Shown here in pieces: positions 47,869 through 62,424 of a stretch of DNA of 64,000 nt. The stretch spans positions 101,990,001-102,054,000 of the forward strand of contig NC_043006.1 in the NCBI RefSeq assembly GCF_006345805.1, given 5' to 3'. Below the pieces are notes generated by a model. It was not told the origin of the DNA, searched no databases, and was given only the letters and a program-made list of their open reading frames with translations. The position numbers were made by a program, and so were the translations under genes. Every line of letters begins with the position of its first letter. Position 1 is the first letter of the stretch. This DNA comes from Octopus sinensis (Eukaryota).

Positions 47869-48722
47869 GTAAGTATGTGTGTGTGTGTGTGCGTGTTGTT
47901 TTTTAAGAACTACTGACGTCTGCAAACAACATAACCTCCTTCAATTCTAGCTTTAGTCTCTAATCTGGAATATCTTCTTTTTCTTTTTTTTCTTTTGCAT
48001 TATTGATGCTCAAAATGCACCTGCTTATAGCCAAGTCTTTTTATGACTGCATATAATGTAATTATAAATGTATTTGAATGATAATTTTGAAGTATGTACA
48101 ATGGAGCTCTAAATATAAGCACCTCAAGATAATATATAGCTTCATTTATATACCCAGAGTGAGGACCATTTCTTTCATGCCTGATTGACTAATGAGTATG
48201 CCAAAGCTCTATAATTAACACACTGCAAATAATTCATTTTGTCTTTTCCACCCACACACATGCACATACACACACTCTCTCTTTCTTTCTAACTCTCTCT
48301 CTCTCTCTCACTTTCTCTCTCTTTTTCTTTCTAACTCTTTCTCTCACTCTCTCTCTCTCTGTAATAGTTTTTCTAGCTCCAGTTCTCCAAAGCTACAGGA
48401 TTTATGTGTATATACAAAAGGATTGGTTACTTGTTTTTCTAGTATTAATCAAGTGATGCAGACACCTCATGAAACCCTACTAAGAGTCAAAAATTGATAT
48501 GAAGAAATAGGTAAATTTGACAGTTTGACATGTTTGTATGTCTACTATGTGGGTTTTCATCTATCTATTTATCTATCGGTCTATCTATCTTTCTCTTTGT
48601 GTGTGTGTGTAAGATACATATTTGCCAACTATCTGTTTTGGCATGGAATTTATGGATGGATGCCCTACCTTATGCCACCTACTTTACAGAGTGGACTGGA
48701 TGTTTTTTATGCAGTACCATCA

Positions 48723-48833
<111 letters not shown>

Positions 48834-48989
48834 CCTCATGGTCTATCTGTCTATATATATATATATAACAGATAGACATATGCTTGTGTAGATATACGAG
48901 TCCTTGTTTTATTTTGCCGGTATGTGCTAGTATATATATATTTGTGTGTGTGTGTATACACATACACATATATGTATAGTTATATATAT

Positions 48990-49205
48990 ATATATGAGTA
49001 TACAGATACCCACCCACACACACTCACACAGATGCACAGGCATGGTTGTGTAGATAAGACACTTGCTTCCTAACCATGTAGCCTTAGTTTCAAACCGAAG
49101 CCTTGTGAATGGATTTAGCAGACAGGAACTGAAAAAAAAACCTGTCATATATGTATATATATATATGTGTTTGTGTCTACCCTTGTCTTCCATGATGAAA
49201 TATTA
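48990..49205 (+). mobile_element. Partial S1 SINE; other partial heads at 14040-14200, 27110-27250, 46985-47130, 57690-57850, 59620-59720 and (-) 60-260
   Basis: Degenerate head plus GTGAGTGGATTT..GGAAACTGAAAGAAG segment. Confidence 0.6.
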
Positions 49206-50953
49206 CTTTACTTGGAAACATGTAAAGATCAGCAATAGAAAGGGTACCCAGTTATAGAAAGGCTGTTTCAACAAATTCTGTCTGACCCATGAAAGAATAG
49301 AAAAGTAGATTTTGAAGAATGATGATGACATATAGGTGGTGGTGGTGGTTGTGGTGGTGGCAGCAGGGGTGGCGTCAGGTCTTGCTTCATAGGGTTGTTG
49401 GAGAGCCATTATGACCCAGTAACATATAGCACGTCTTGACCCATCCTTTTTCAGGTCTAATTACAGCTGATTTATTTCAGTGAGAAAATGAGAGAAACAA
49501 GAAAACTTTACATGAGTACTTTACTAATACTTATTAGCCTTGAAAAGATGAAAGAAACGTTGACCTCAGTGGAATTTCACCTCAGGGCTCAGAGCCAGAA
49601 CAAATACCATAAAACATTTTATCCAATACCCAAACAAATTTACCAATCAACAGTTCATATATCATCATCATCATCATCATCTTACATCCACTTTCCATGC
49701 TAGCATGATCTGATTCATTTCTTACAAAATGACTTCTGCTCATATGCATCATTTGACTTGGTTTCTACAGCTTGATGCCTTTCCAATCACCAACTACTTT
49801 ATAGTGTGTACTGAGTGCATTTTCCTATGGCACCAGCACTAGGAAGGTAGTGTTACTCATCATCTGCTTGGAGAGGGAGTTCAGCTGGTGCTGTTATTGC
49901 ACCAACACAAGAGATGGAGCATCTTGTATGCCGTAAATGTAGAGAGCACTCAATAGCCCAAGGAGGAGAAGAGGATAGAGAAATGACAGCAGAAAGGCAG
50001 AAACTACCTTTGAGCTGAGTGTTCTGTCTGCAGATGTTGACCCAACCTATTTGCTCAGATAGTGGGTCATTGTCAACAAAAGCTTACTTTTCCATGCTCA
50101 TGTGGTTTGGCTAAGTTGGTTTTAATATACATACTGGTATAAATAGCAATGAAATCTCTCTCAAATCACACATCTTTATTAAGGGAAGGGCACACAGGAT
50201 AATATAGTCTTATACCTCCACCTAAAAAGATTGGGTGCTCATAGGGTGAATACCTTTATTTTCAGTTTGATCAATCAGAAGTGATTTAAGGTATAAACAA
50301 AACAAGCAACAACCAATCATTGTTTTTTGTTAATGAGACATTTCCCAGGCTTTTAGCAAAGTCAGCTTTTGTTCGATCTCCAACTATTTGCGTCTATGAC
50401 TGCAAGAGTTACAAAGAAATACCTTTAACTCTATGCAGAACAAATATCTCACTTATTAAACATGAGCTTAATAATAAATGCTGTTGGTGTCAGTGAATAG
50501 ACCTAGCCACACCTGTCAGAGAATGTCAGCTATTTTTTAGGAATCATTATTTCAAGTCATAAAATAAAGAAATATCTGGCTGTTCTTTTTGATGCTTGAA
50601 TGAACCAAGTTTTATATTTTCAAACTGGTATATTGTAATTAGTCATGCAAGATAAAGTAACTTTAGAAAGTAGTAGTTGAGATTAAGGTACATATTTGTA
50701 AGAGCAGATTCTATAATATAGATAGTAGTTTTTAGTGTGATAATTAGGTAATCCAACTCAACTCAACTCAACTCTAGCTAGTAGACTATGCCAAAGAAAT
50801 ATAAATCACAACTGCTTATTATGTTCTGCAACTGTTTAAAGCTGGGAAATTCTCATATAGAAGTACTTTGAAGATATCAAATTAGAGGAGTTACATGTGT
50901 GCATGTATGTGATTGTATTTGTGTGTGTGTGTGTGTATTTATGTATGTGTAAA

Positions 50954-50995
<42 letters not shown>

Positions 50996-51094
50996 TATAT
51001 ATATATAGACATACATGTAAATATATATAGGAATATTTTCAGTTACTGTTTTTCCTTATATGTGTATGTATATATATATGTACGTGTATATATA

Positions 51095-51480
51095 TCTTTT
51101 ATCTTTTACCTGTTTTGGTCATTAGACTGCGGTGATGCTGGGGCACCACTTTGAATTTTTTTTAGTTGAATGAATCAACCCTAGTACTTATTTTTTAAAC
51201 CTGGTACTTATTCTATCAGTCCCTTTTGTCAAACCACTAAGTTACGGGAACATAAACACACCAACACATGATGATGGGGTGTGGGGACAAACACAGACAC
51301 ACAGACACATAGCTATATTATCATATGTATACAACAGGCTTCTTTCAGTTTCCGTCTACCAAATCCACTCACAAGGCTTTGGTCGGCCTGAGGCTGTAGT
51401 AGAAGACACTTACCCAAGGTGCTGCGCAGTGGGACTGAACCCGGAACCATGTGGTTGCAAGCAAGCTTCTTACCACACAT
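51095..51480 (-). mobile_element. SINE S1
   Basis: Match to S1. Confidence 0.85.
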
Positions 51481-51539
51481 CCACGTCATGAAATTAATTC
51501 TGATGGTAAAGGGATGGAAATCACAAGCTGACAATTAGT

Positions 51540-51945
51540 GTGAGATTTAAAATCAAATAATTAGACAGACATAACTCAACAAGTAAGCTATCTCATCAGT
51601 TGGAGTATGTCTACAGTTTGAAAATGATGTCACCTCCAGTGTAAGCATTGCTTTATTCCTTAATATGAGGCAGGTTGGAAGTAAGAAATAATGCAATGCC
51701 ATGAAGACATATATTATTAATGTGATTTTGAATGATATTCTGATCAATATTAAGCCAGTGAAGTTTTGCATGGCAACCTTCATCAAGCTTGCAGCTACAC
51801 ATATTGAATATTACACATAATTTATTGATGGTTGACCTACTGATGCCAACAAAGAATTTATACATTTCCAGTTTGGAAGTAATCAAGGCATGAATAAGGA
51901 TTTCACAATGAGACGGAGTCAAGAATCTATGAATGATTGTTATTT
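51540..51945 (-). mobile_element. L2-clade LINE remnant
   Basis: EILIHALITSKLE...TINKL...KLHWLNI / RISFKI. Confidence 0.65.
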
Positions 51946-52844
51946 TGCAGAGAAAGAGATAGCAACTGCAGTAATTCTTATTGATACAGACAATTCAGTA
52001 GCGTGTCTAATTAGATACTTAGATATTTTGCCATATTGGTAAAACTCATGATTTTTGCTCGTTGTAGTTAAAATACATTGGTTATGCTGGAAGTCTTGGA
52101 AATTCTTTGTGCTTATAAATATAGAAATTCATACTTTTTTTTTCTTTTTCGTTTTTGTTTTATTCTGCCAATTCTGGAGAGAGGCAGAAATTCATAATGT
52201 GATTATCTACCAAGCTAACAGACCTAAAGCCCAACTGTAAACCAATAAATATTTCTGTCAGTATTTGTTTAAATTCTTGTTGGTTTGAAGTGATGGTCTT
52301 CTTAGGCCTTCCAAGAGCTGAGTATTAGGATAATCAAATAAGTTTAGTGGTGTTGAAATTTAATTTTACTGATTGCATACGTACAAAATGGAAGAAACAG
52401 ATTGACAAGTAATGTGGCAGCTCTGGATATAATTCTGAAGAGGAAGGAATGGATAAAATAAAGTCTGTAATGGGATGGAAAGGTGAGGTACATTATGGCT
52501 GAACAATATTCAAAGAGAAAATATTGGAAATTGTAGTTGAAAAAGCAAGGAGAGGACATAACTCAGAAGCAAACTTGTTTTATGAGTGCTTGTGTGTAAT
52601 CAGAGAATTTTTATGAGGATGTGTGATGCATGTACCATTTCAAATTTGTACATGTTTGTTTTTGGCAGGAGAGGGTGTAGAATACTTCCTTTTTGCTTTA
52701 TTGAAGATGGTCAGTAATTTAGGACTAAAAGGGATTGAGTGGGCAGAATAGTTTGCAGTATTTCATCTCATGACCTTTGCATTCTGAATTCAAATTTAAC
52801 AAAGCCAAAGTGTATAAATAAATAAATATATATTTATGTATGTA

Positions 52845-53218
52845 TGCATGCATGCATTGTTGTGTGGTAAGAGGCTTGCTTCCCAACCACATGGTTTCGG
52901 GTTCAGTCCCACTGCATAGCACTTTGGGAAAGTTTCTTCTACTATAGCCATGGAGTGACTAAAACCTTGTGAATGGATTTGGTAGATGGAAAGTTAAAGA
53001 AATCCATTGTGTATATATATATATATATATCTGTGTATGTGTCTTTGTGTCTGTGTTTATTCCTCATCACCATTTGACAACCAGTGTTGGTGTGTTTATG
53101 TCCCTGTAACCTAGCAGCTCGGCAAAAGAGACCAACAGAATAAGTACCAACCTTAGAAATATAAAATCCTAGGGTCGATTTGTTCAAATAAAAAGCGGTG
53201 CTCCAGCATGGCTGCAGA

Positions 53219-53220
<2 letters not shown>
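52845..53220 (+). mobile_element. SINE S1
   Basis: Match to S1. Confidence 0.85.
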
Positions 53221-53269
<49 letters not shown>

Positions 53270-53401
53270 TATATTATATAGAGGGCATTATTACACATAA
53301 ATGCCTCACACTAAGAGGGACATAAGTCATTACTACCAAAAATTTCACTAATCATACCCAATGCAGTTTTTCAAAGCAAGACATTTAAAAAAATGAATTA
53401 A

Positions 53402-53435
<34 letters not shown>

Positions 53436-53589
53436 TATATACACATATATAAACGAAGTGCATATAAATATGTCTGAATGTATCTGAAGATGTTGCCTGT
53501 GAATTTGGTAACATGTCCAGTCTACAAAACTTGTGTTTTCAGTACTCTGTGATCACAGTGTTCATTTCACACCATTCTTAATTTACTTA

Positions 53590-53880
53590 ATTCCAGATAT
53601 ACTCCTTCAATAATATTCCAAATATAAATCTTAGCTCTTTGTATTGTGGCCAGTAATTGTTCTTCCTCATACACAGTAGCCCACATCTCAATTGTTTATA
53701 AGAGTGCTGGTAGGACAACAGGTGGACCCATGCAGTTGTCAAGTGATATCCAAGAGACCAGAAATGGCCTCTTGGAAAGCTTCCACTTATGATGAGAAGA
53801 AAATTCAGGCCAATATGGAAAAGAAGGGTGCAAAAAAATTGGAATCGCATTGTGACAGTATGTGATGTATAGCATCTGAT
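53590..53880. mobile_element. Second-family RTE-like fragment with 5' inversion
   Basis: 53713-53880 (+) DNRWTHAVVK*YPRDQKWPLGK; 53590-53710 (-) PALL*TIEMWATVYEEEQLLATIQRA / FGILLKEYIWN. Confidence 0.65.
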
Positions 53881-53890
53881 ATATATATAT

Positions 53891-54180
53891 GGCTTAGTGG
53901 TTAAGATGTTGCACTTGCAATTGTGAGTTCATAGGTTTGATTCCGAAACTGGGGGTTGTGTTGTGTTCTTGAGCAAAGCATTTCATTTCACGTTGCTCTG
54001 CGGTCATTTCAACATCTGACATGTGGCACTCATTACACCTGTACAGGTGATGTTGATCTGATGGAGGGAGTGAGCTTATGTCTACACAAACATTTGATCA
54101 CAATAAACAGATCATCTGTGTGGTTGTTCAGTAAGAAATTGCTGAACCCTCATACGTCGTCTAACGATGGGAGAGTCTAT
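53891..54180 (+). mobile_element. Third tRNA-derived SINE type
   Basis: GGCTTAGTGGTTAAG (A box), GGTTTGATTCC (B box), CTTGAGCAAAGCA segment; single copy here; (TA)n on both sides. Confidence 0.55.
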
Positions 54181-54274
54181 CCTATATATATATATGCATA
54201 CACACACATATGCATATATGTATATATGTATATGTTCATAAGTATATATGCTTCTGTGTATGTGTGTGTGTGTA

Positions 54275-54695
54275 TGGCCGATGCCAGCCTCGCCTGGCAC
54301 TAGTGCAGGTGGCACGTAAAAAGCACCCACTACACTCACGGAGTGGTTGGCGTTAGGAAGGGCATCCAGCTGTAGAAACATTGCCAGATAAGACTGGAGC
54401 CTGGTGCAGCCTTCTGGCTTCCAAGATCCCCTGTCGAACCGTCCAACCCATGCTAGCATGGAGAACGGACATTAAACGATGAAGATGATGATGATATATA
54501 TATATATATATATATATATATGGTGATATGCTAAAGGTAGCCATGTTGGCAACATATACAAGATACCCAATACACTCTGCAGTGGTTAGCATTAGGAATG
54601 GCATCCAGCTGTAGAAACCAAGCCAAAACAGACTGGAGCCTGATGCAGCCTTCCGGTTTACCAGTTCCAGTCAAACCATCTTACCATGCCAGCAC
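54275..54695 (+). mobile_element. Two RTE tail-only copies (54275-54495, 54580-54695)
   Basis: Same tail motifs as 40960-41137. Confidence 0.8.
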
Positions 54696-54699
54696 ATAT

Positions 54700-54730
<31 letters not shown>

Positions 54731-54955
54731 GAGGGGCTAGGGGTGGCACTGAAAAGTTCCTGACTTTGGGTAAAAGAAAATATGGGGTGGGTCAGTTGAT
54801 TATGATTTTATTCAACATATTCCTCTCTCAGATTCACACACTTTTTGTAGCAGTCTTTCAATTTTTCTAATCCCTGTAAAAGAACTCAGATGGTTGGGCC
54901 TCCAACCACACTTTTTGCAATACCCTAAAAGCCAGAAACTTTGCAGCACCCCCTC
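54731..54955. mobile_element. mariner-like MITE
   Basis: GAGGGG..GCACTGAAAAGTTCC ... CCAGAAACTTTGCAGCACCCCCTC; TA flank on the left. Confidence 0.65.
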
Positions 54956-55290
54956 AGGTAAATGGGATTTAGGTTAGGTCCAATGAAAATATACTCAGCA
55001 CACTTATTTGTACTTCTAGCTTCTGCTCTATCTTTGAGAGCAGAAGAAATTGTATTTGCATGCACCGGTAGAGATTTTGTAGTGGCTAGTATTGCTGGAG
55101 TGTAGTTAGTAACGGATGTGGAATTAGGCTTGTAGGCAAATAGTTAATACAGACTGATGATGCATTAGTTTACATAAACATCTAAGAATGGTAGTTGGTT
55201 TGAGATAGATCTTCTAAACCAGTGTTACCAGTGTTTTAACTAACAATGTGTGTGTGTGCATATACATATATATATATATATATACATACA

Positions 55291-55690
55291 TCTTTATATA
55301 TAAAAGTGAAGTTGTGTGCTGTCTGTCTCCTACGATTTAGATTCCTAACTACTCCCACATTTTGCGGTGCAGTTTAACCAAAACCGGATATCTTATAGTC
55401 ATGATTCATATCGAGCCCTTCTGGGTATTAGCGCGCATCTACGATGAGTCTACGATATTTTAAAAAATTACCATCATTTTTTACCATTTTAATGCATTTT
55501 TTCGCTATTATATAAGGGAAGTAACTCTCTAAAAATGTCTACGATGAGTCAATGATTTAAAAAAAAAATTACCATCATTTTTTTTCCATTTTTAATGCAT
55601 TTTTTTGCTATTTTTTGGCTATAACTCTCTAAAAAGGCTTATATAGTTATTTCCCTTACAAACCCAAGCAACGCCGGGCGATACTGCTAG
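55291..55690 (+). mobile_element. Non-autonomous Helitron with internal ~100-bp tandem duplication
   Basis: A|TC start, CTAG|T end, subterminal CCCAAGCAACGCCGGG hairpin; repeated CTACGATGAGTC..AATTACCATCATTTTTT..TAACTCTCTAAAAA. Confidence 0.8.
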
Positions 55691-55741
<51 letters not shown>

Positions 55742-56866
55742 ACTCACAATATGTGGATATAACAAATAAAAAGAAATCCTATTACAGGTGGGCTTGGTGG
55801 TAGGAGTGATGGTAATGGTCATAATGATGAGGAGGAGGAGGATGATGACGAGGAGGATGATGACGAGGAAGACAAAGATGGATGATTTGAGGATGAAAAT
55901 TCAATATAATTAAGCTTTTAGTTGTATTTTACTTTCCACTTTCTACTTGTTATCCGATTTAATTTTCCTGTTGAAGGCTTGTGTGTGTGTGTACATGTGT
56001 GTGCATGTATGACTGTGTATACATGTGCTAACAGTATGACCAAAAAACAACAACTTTCTCGGAAAAGGAGAAAAACAATTGTAAATAAAATTAAATGATA
56101 GATTTTTAAGTTAGCATTAAGCTTAAGCATGAAAAGTTATGCTTGTGTTTTTTTTTTGTTTTGTAATTTTTGTCTTTTTTTATGACTGTGTCTTATGCAT
56201 AGAGATTTTTCTACTTAGCCAAATTACTTTCCCCAAAATGTTTTCTTGCTCATTACAATTAGTTCGGCAGTTTTAAATTCTTCTTATCGACAGCAATCAG
56301 ACCAACTGCTAGCACTTTCATTCTTCTATTTTTACATCTTCAATATATTTTCTCACATTCTTAATTTTATTTTCTTAAACGAGTAAAAGAAGTAAAAATT
56401 TATATTTTAACAAATGTCAAAAAAAAAAAAAATTGAAAAGCAAATGATTTTCTCGATTTTGTTTGAAAATTGTATGTTGTTTTTTCTATAAATTCTATAT
56501 ATATTTATATTATTTATACTTCCTTCCACTAATCAGTAAATGCAATTCGATTTAATACATGATATAAAAACAATAATTTGTTCCTAAATTAAAATGTCTA
56601 CCACAAAGTGTCTTATAAGCAAGGTGGGAGGGAGGTAAGATATATGTAAGTCTTTCTGCCATTAAAGTATTATTAACTTCAATCTAGTGCTGTGCTATAA
56701 GCTGTATGGCTGTTTAAACTCTTTTCTCTTTTTCCCTTCTTTTGCTTTGCTTTCAGTTTCTTTTGGACTTTTATTGTCTTTTAATTTGTGGAGTTTGTAA
56801 TTCAATTTCCTTTACAAGATTTGATTACTTAAAACTAAAAGTAATTTTCTATTTATATTGAGACAG

Positions 56867-56923
<57 letters not shown>

Positions 56924-59525
56924 ATAGAGAGAGAGAGAGGAAGACATAAAGAAACCAAACTAAATGAAAATTATCAATGGCACATCAACAGAGAAATAAT
57001 TTATATAGTGCAACAGCAGCAATAATGAAAAATTTGTCCACACTTACACACATAGTTTATTTTTTCATATAAGTATTTGAAGATATCTGGAAAACATAAT
57101 TGTCAAGACAATAAAATCAATTTCCTCAACTCTACCGAGTCTTCTAGCTCAACCTTTTCCTTTCATTCCGCTGAAGTTCCAAATACTAAGCTGTAATTAG
57201 GAAAGTATCTGCACCGAATAGAACAATTTGTAAACTCAAGGGTAAGATCATATCCTAGCTGTTATACCTTGTAATTCTGGGTAGTAAATGCCCCTCAATC
57301 CCTGACAATATGCTTAACCCTTTAGCATTCAGATTATTCTGTCAAATGCAATGCTTGTCTATTCACCTTATTTTGAATTAATCATGTATTATCTTCTAGA
57401 CTTTAGATTTCAATAGTATAACTGCTTATGTTTAAAATGACATTGTAGGGTAGGTGTGTGAGACTGGATCTCACCAGTTTCAATATAAAACAGGTAGAAT
57501 ATTTTCGGCCAGATATAGCTGGTTGAAATACTGAAGGGTTAATGATCTGAGGCAATATACTGCATGACCGCAGATAATAGCCTTACTTACCTAAGCATTA
57601 TTTAGCAAGATATTCCTTAAAATGTTTGGAAGTTTGAATGAAAAACTAAAGCTCTTATGATAATTAATTGAAAACAAATACAGACAAGGTATTATGGTCA
57701 AGAAGCTCATTTTGAAATGGCATAGTTTCAGGTTCAGTCCCACTGATCAGTACCTTGTATATTTGTCTTCTTCTGTAGCCCTAAGCTAACTAAAGTTTTG
57801 GGAATGAATTTAGTTCATGGAAACTGAAAGAAAACTACTGTCATGTGTCTGTGTCTCCTTATCTTGATATTACATGTTGATTGTAAACAAAGTCATTATT
57901 CATACAAAAACGTGTTTCATGAAAATCTGTCACCCATTGTGAAAATTCATATTAATGGGACTAGGCATAATATTAGCTTGCTTAGAAACCGATGGCAACA
58001 GGAAGCACATCTAACCATAGAGAATCTTCTCAACAAATTTTATCTGATCCATGCAATTACGGAAAGTAGATGCTAAAATGTTGCTGCTGATGGCATAATG
58101 TCTCGTCTATGAAACTTAGATATACCCTACGCTGGAAGATTATTTTACTGAGATTAATTTTGATTAATAATGTTGATTATCACCTGCTTTATAGTAACAA
58201 AATTACCTTTCACCAATGAATGAAACAAATTTCTGGGTGGTAAGTATAAAAGAGTGGATTGGTCAGCATTCTTTTAGTTTACTGTTGGAGAGAAAACTAG
58301 ATTTTGATTGCTGAAGCACCTCTAAAACATACTCATTAACACATTCATTAATTGATAGAATGATTGCTTGATAATGATTAAATGAAAATAGAGATGCAGA
58401 TTTGTTTGTTTGTTTTCTTCTCCTTCTTTTTAAATGAACCAAGTTGTTAATTCTACCATGCATTGCGTTTTCACAAATTTATCATTCTTCAATAAATATA
58501 AAGAATATTTCTTGGTGTTATTAACATGGAGATTAATTTAAGATTATTGTTAAAAATAGTATGCTCTTATTGATTACAGTTTTCTATAAAACCTATGCAG
58601 AAAAAGGACAAAATTTCACAAAACATTGTTATTTCTTCATTTATTTTAGCCATGCTACACATTTAAATAGTTTATTGAATATTCTTGAATACTCCATTAA
58701 AAGTGGAAATAAATACATTAATCACCAGAGTTTGACTTTAGAGACAAAGGCCTTGTGGACAGATGCCATTGCTTTCTGTGCATTCCTTTTTATAGAATTG
58801 TGACTACAAGTTCAATCAATGATCAGGGTTAAGATATTGATTAATCACATGGGCATGAGGTCAAAACTGTAGTGGTACGATGTGTAATTAACTGAATTTA
58901 GTCCATTACATACCTAGTGCATATTTTAAATAACTGGATGGACTAAATGCAAAACTGATTTTGGCTGCTACTTTAGGTTTGAATCTTTCTTCAGTGTCTT
59001 AGACTTGCTTTCTGTCATGGTTTGCCATTAATAGACACAACACACAGAACTGAAAGTGCTTTTCTTTTTCTCCTCAGTATTCTTATTTTTATATCCTTTT
59101 AAAATTCATTAGCGTACCATTCAGCTACTTACACTTTCGTAGGTTCTTTACTTTAATTTCTGTTCATCATTATCATCATCACTTAACGTCCTTTTTCCAT
59201 GCTGACATGGGTTGGACTGTTTGAGGAGAACTGGCAAGCCAGAGGCTATGCCAAACTATATTGTTTGCTTCAGCATGCTTCTACAGCTGGATACACAGCC
59301 ACTTTACAGAGTATACTGGGTGCTTTTTCTTTTGTTTCATAGCACCAGCACTGGTGGAGTCACCAAATTAACTTGCAAGACAAAGACACCTTGACTAGTA
59401 GACACCATGGTATTTAGGGAGGCAGCTTTGTGCCAGTTGATTAGAGGTTAAAAATGTAATAGAGGAATAAAGTTAAGTGCCTTGCTGTAGGAGGTACATG
59501 GATGCCCAGAGTTAAGATAAAGAAG

Positions 59526-59556
<31 letters not shown>

Positions 59557-60089
59557 CATTATTTTGTATTTAGGCACAGACATGGCATATTAAATTTCTT
59601 TACCAATCAGATGGTTATAAGTTTAGTTCTAGTGTGTGACATCCAGGGCAAGTGCCTTCTACTTTAACTCCAGGCTAATCAAGGCTTTGTGGGTAGATTT
59701 GGTTGATAGAAACTGAAAGAAGCTCATTGCATGTGTATATGCAAGGGCATATGTTTGTCCCCATGCACAGGAGTTGGCAAAATGATGATGATTCTATAAA
59801 ACCTATGGTTAATTATACCATGAGACACTCTCAGTCCTGTTGATTAGGACAACAGTCCATACATTCAGTGAGAAATGATAAAATAATACCTGTCCCCTGT
59901 GTGGAATCTCTGAGTTAAAAGCTCTAGAATTATGCTACTAACTACTCTTTTCTTGTTGCATGTAATCCAAATACTAAACTGCATTACACCTAAGTTAAGT
60001 AGGGTTCCTATAGCCCTTACAAGCCAAATTATTGTTGGTTTACATACTGTGTCCATGGCTGAAACGCTCATTTCTTTCTAGTTCACTCC

Positions 60090-60545
60090 ATCATCATCAT
60101 CATCATTATCGTTTAACATCCTCCTTCCATGCTGGCATGGGTTAGATGGTTTGACAAGAGCTGGCCAGGCAGGAGCCTGTGCTATGCTTCTCTCTCTGTT
60201 TTGGCATGATTTTTATGGCTGGATACTCTTCCTAACACCAACCACTCTACTGAGTGAGCTGAATGAATTTTATGTGGTACCAGCACAGGTGAGGTCAGTT
60301 TTGGCATGGTTTTTACAGCTGGATGCCCTTCCAAATGCCAACTACATTACAGTGTGGACTGGATGCTTTTTAAATGGCGCCTGCACTGGCAGGGTCACCA
60401 AGTAACTTTGCAAGACAAGGAATCTTTGAGAGGAGAGGGGCATTAGAGGAGGTGATCTTGTGTCAGATGATGAAACGTTAAAGTGTGACAGAGAGACAGA
60501 AACAGGTGTCTTGCTGTAGAGGAGGTACATGGTTATCCAGCCAGA
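60090..60545 (-). mobile_element. Older RTE-tail-bearing family with a different upstream body (relatives at 29660-29995, 49665-49870, 59165-59520)
   Basis: Shared tail plus shared segment CACCAAGTA.CTTGCAAG...GGTGTCTTGCTGTAG in several dispersed copies. Confidence 0.65.
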
Positions 60546-60777
60546 GAGAGAGAGGGAGATAAAAGTTTTAAATTCAGTAAGTATCCTGCAGCTTACTAGT
60601 TAAGGGTCCAAGCGCAAATGAGTGTTGACAATCTCCACTGAATTCTTATCTTATCATTCTCCATATTATGCATCCTTCTGTTTGGCTCATTTGATATATT
60701 TCATTGCACTGCCAACCATCTGTTAGTAATTTATTTCAATTTCTTTGCTTCATGGGTCACCTGCATCAGTTACTTTT

Positions 60778-61390
60778 GTATGATATCTATCTGAGAGGCA
60801 CAGGCATGGCTGTGTTGTTAAGAAATTAGCTTCACAACCACAAGGTTTCATCTTCAGTCCTACTGCATGGCACCTTGGGCAAGTGTCTTCTACTATAGCC
60901 TGGGCCCAATCAAAGCTTTGTGAGTGTATTGGTAGGCAGAAACTGAAAGAAGCCCACCTCATATCTTTTATTTGTTTCAGTCATTTGATTGCAGCCATGC
61001 TGGACACCGGAATTAAGGGTTTTTTTTAGTCAAATAAATCAACCCCAAGACTTATTCTTTTAAAACCTTGTATTTATTCAATTGATCTCTTTTGCCAAAC
61101 TGTTAAGTTACAGGGACATAAGCACACCAACATCAGTTGTCAAATGATGGTTGGGGGACAAACATGGACACACATAGATACGTATATGTGTCTTTGTGTG
61201 TGCATACATATATATATATATATATACACACACACATTGAGCTTCTTTCAGTTTTCATCTACCAAATCCACTCTCAAAACTTTGGCTAGCCTAAGGCTAT
61301 AGTAGAAGACACTAACCCAGTATGCCACACCATGGGACTGAACCCAGAACCTTGTATTTGGAAAGCAAGCTTCTTACCCCACAGCCATGC
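60778..61390. mobile_element. Two S1 SINEs tail to tail: partial + copy (60778-60960) and full - copy (60965-61390)
   Basis: Matches to S1 head/body in opposite orientations. Confidence 0.8.
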
Positions 61391-62008
61391 TTTCCATGTT
61401 TGTGTCTCCTTGTCTTGACATTGTTCAAGAGTTGTAAAGAAACATCACCATCATACAAGCGGTGTCCTTCATTTTGAATCTTCCATGGAAACATATCCAG
61501 CTGTGAGAAACATTTCATGGCCTGGAAACAGTAACAGGAAGGGCCATAGAAAATTCTGCCTCAGTAAATTCATCTCAGAAAAGTGGACATTAAACAAAAA
61601 TGATGATGATGATCTGTTGTGAATTCCCTACCTTAAATCATTGCTCCCTCATCGTAAGAAGGAATTACATTTCTTTATAGTCTATTGTAACTTCTCTATA
61701 CTTTTGGCTAGTCTTTGTTAATGCAAAGGACTTGTACCTCTAAATGTTCTGCTGTGTTCCTCACACCACCACTGGCCAGGCTTTGTCATTCTGTGCATTT
61801 ACATCAGTTCATTTAAAGTCATTGATGAGGCATTTCCGTGAAAGCCGCTACAGCTGCTGTTGTTACGTCCTCTTCTGGGCTCTTAAAACTTAGTGCCTTG
61901 CCAATGGACCAACCAACCCTTTGGCAAGTTACCAACTGAGCAACTTGCATGAGTTTATAACTTCTCTATTCTAACCACAGGCCAGTGAGGGGGTCTTTAC
62001 ACTGTCAC

Positions 62009-62424
62009 TTTTACTCTTTTACTCTTTTACTTGTTTCAGTCATTTGACTGCAGCCATGCTGGAGCACCACCTTTAGTCGAGCAAATCGACCCCAGGACTT
62101 ATTCTTTGTAAGCCCAGTACTTATTCTATCGGTCTCTTTTGCCGAACCGCTAAGTGACGGGGATGGTAAACAAACCAGCATCGGTTGTCAAGCAATGCTA
62201 GGGGGACAAACACAGACACACAAACACATACACACATACATATATATATATACATATATACGACAGACTTCTTTCAGTTTCCGTCTACCAAATCCACTCA
62301 CAAGGCATTGGTCGGCCCAGGGCTATAGCAGAAGACACTTGCCCAAGATGCCATGCAGTGGGACTGAACCCGGAACCATGTGGTTGGTTAGCAAGCTACT
62401 TACCACACAGCCACTCCTGCGCCT
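62009..62424 (-). mobile_element. SINE S1 (young)
   Basis: High identity to 4022-4428 and 7205-7592. Confidence 0.9.

Noticed and set aside
55815-55885. Acidic DEEED-coding stretch
   Set aside because: Degenerate (GAT)/(GAG) microsatellite with no ORF context.
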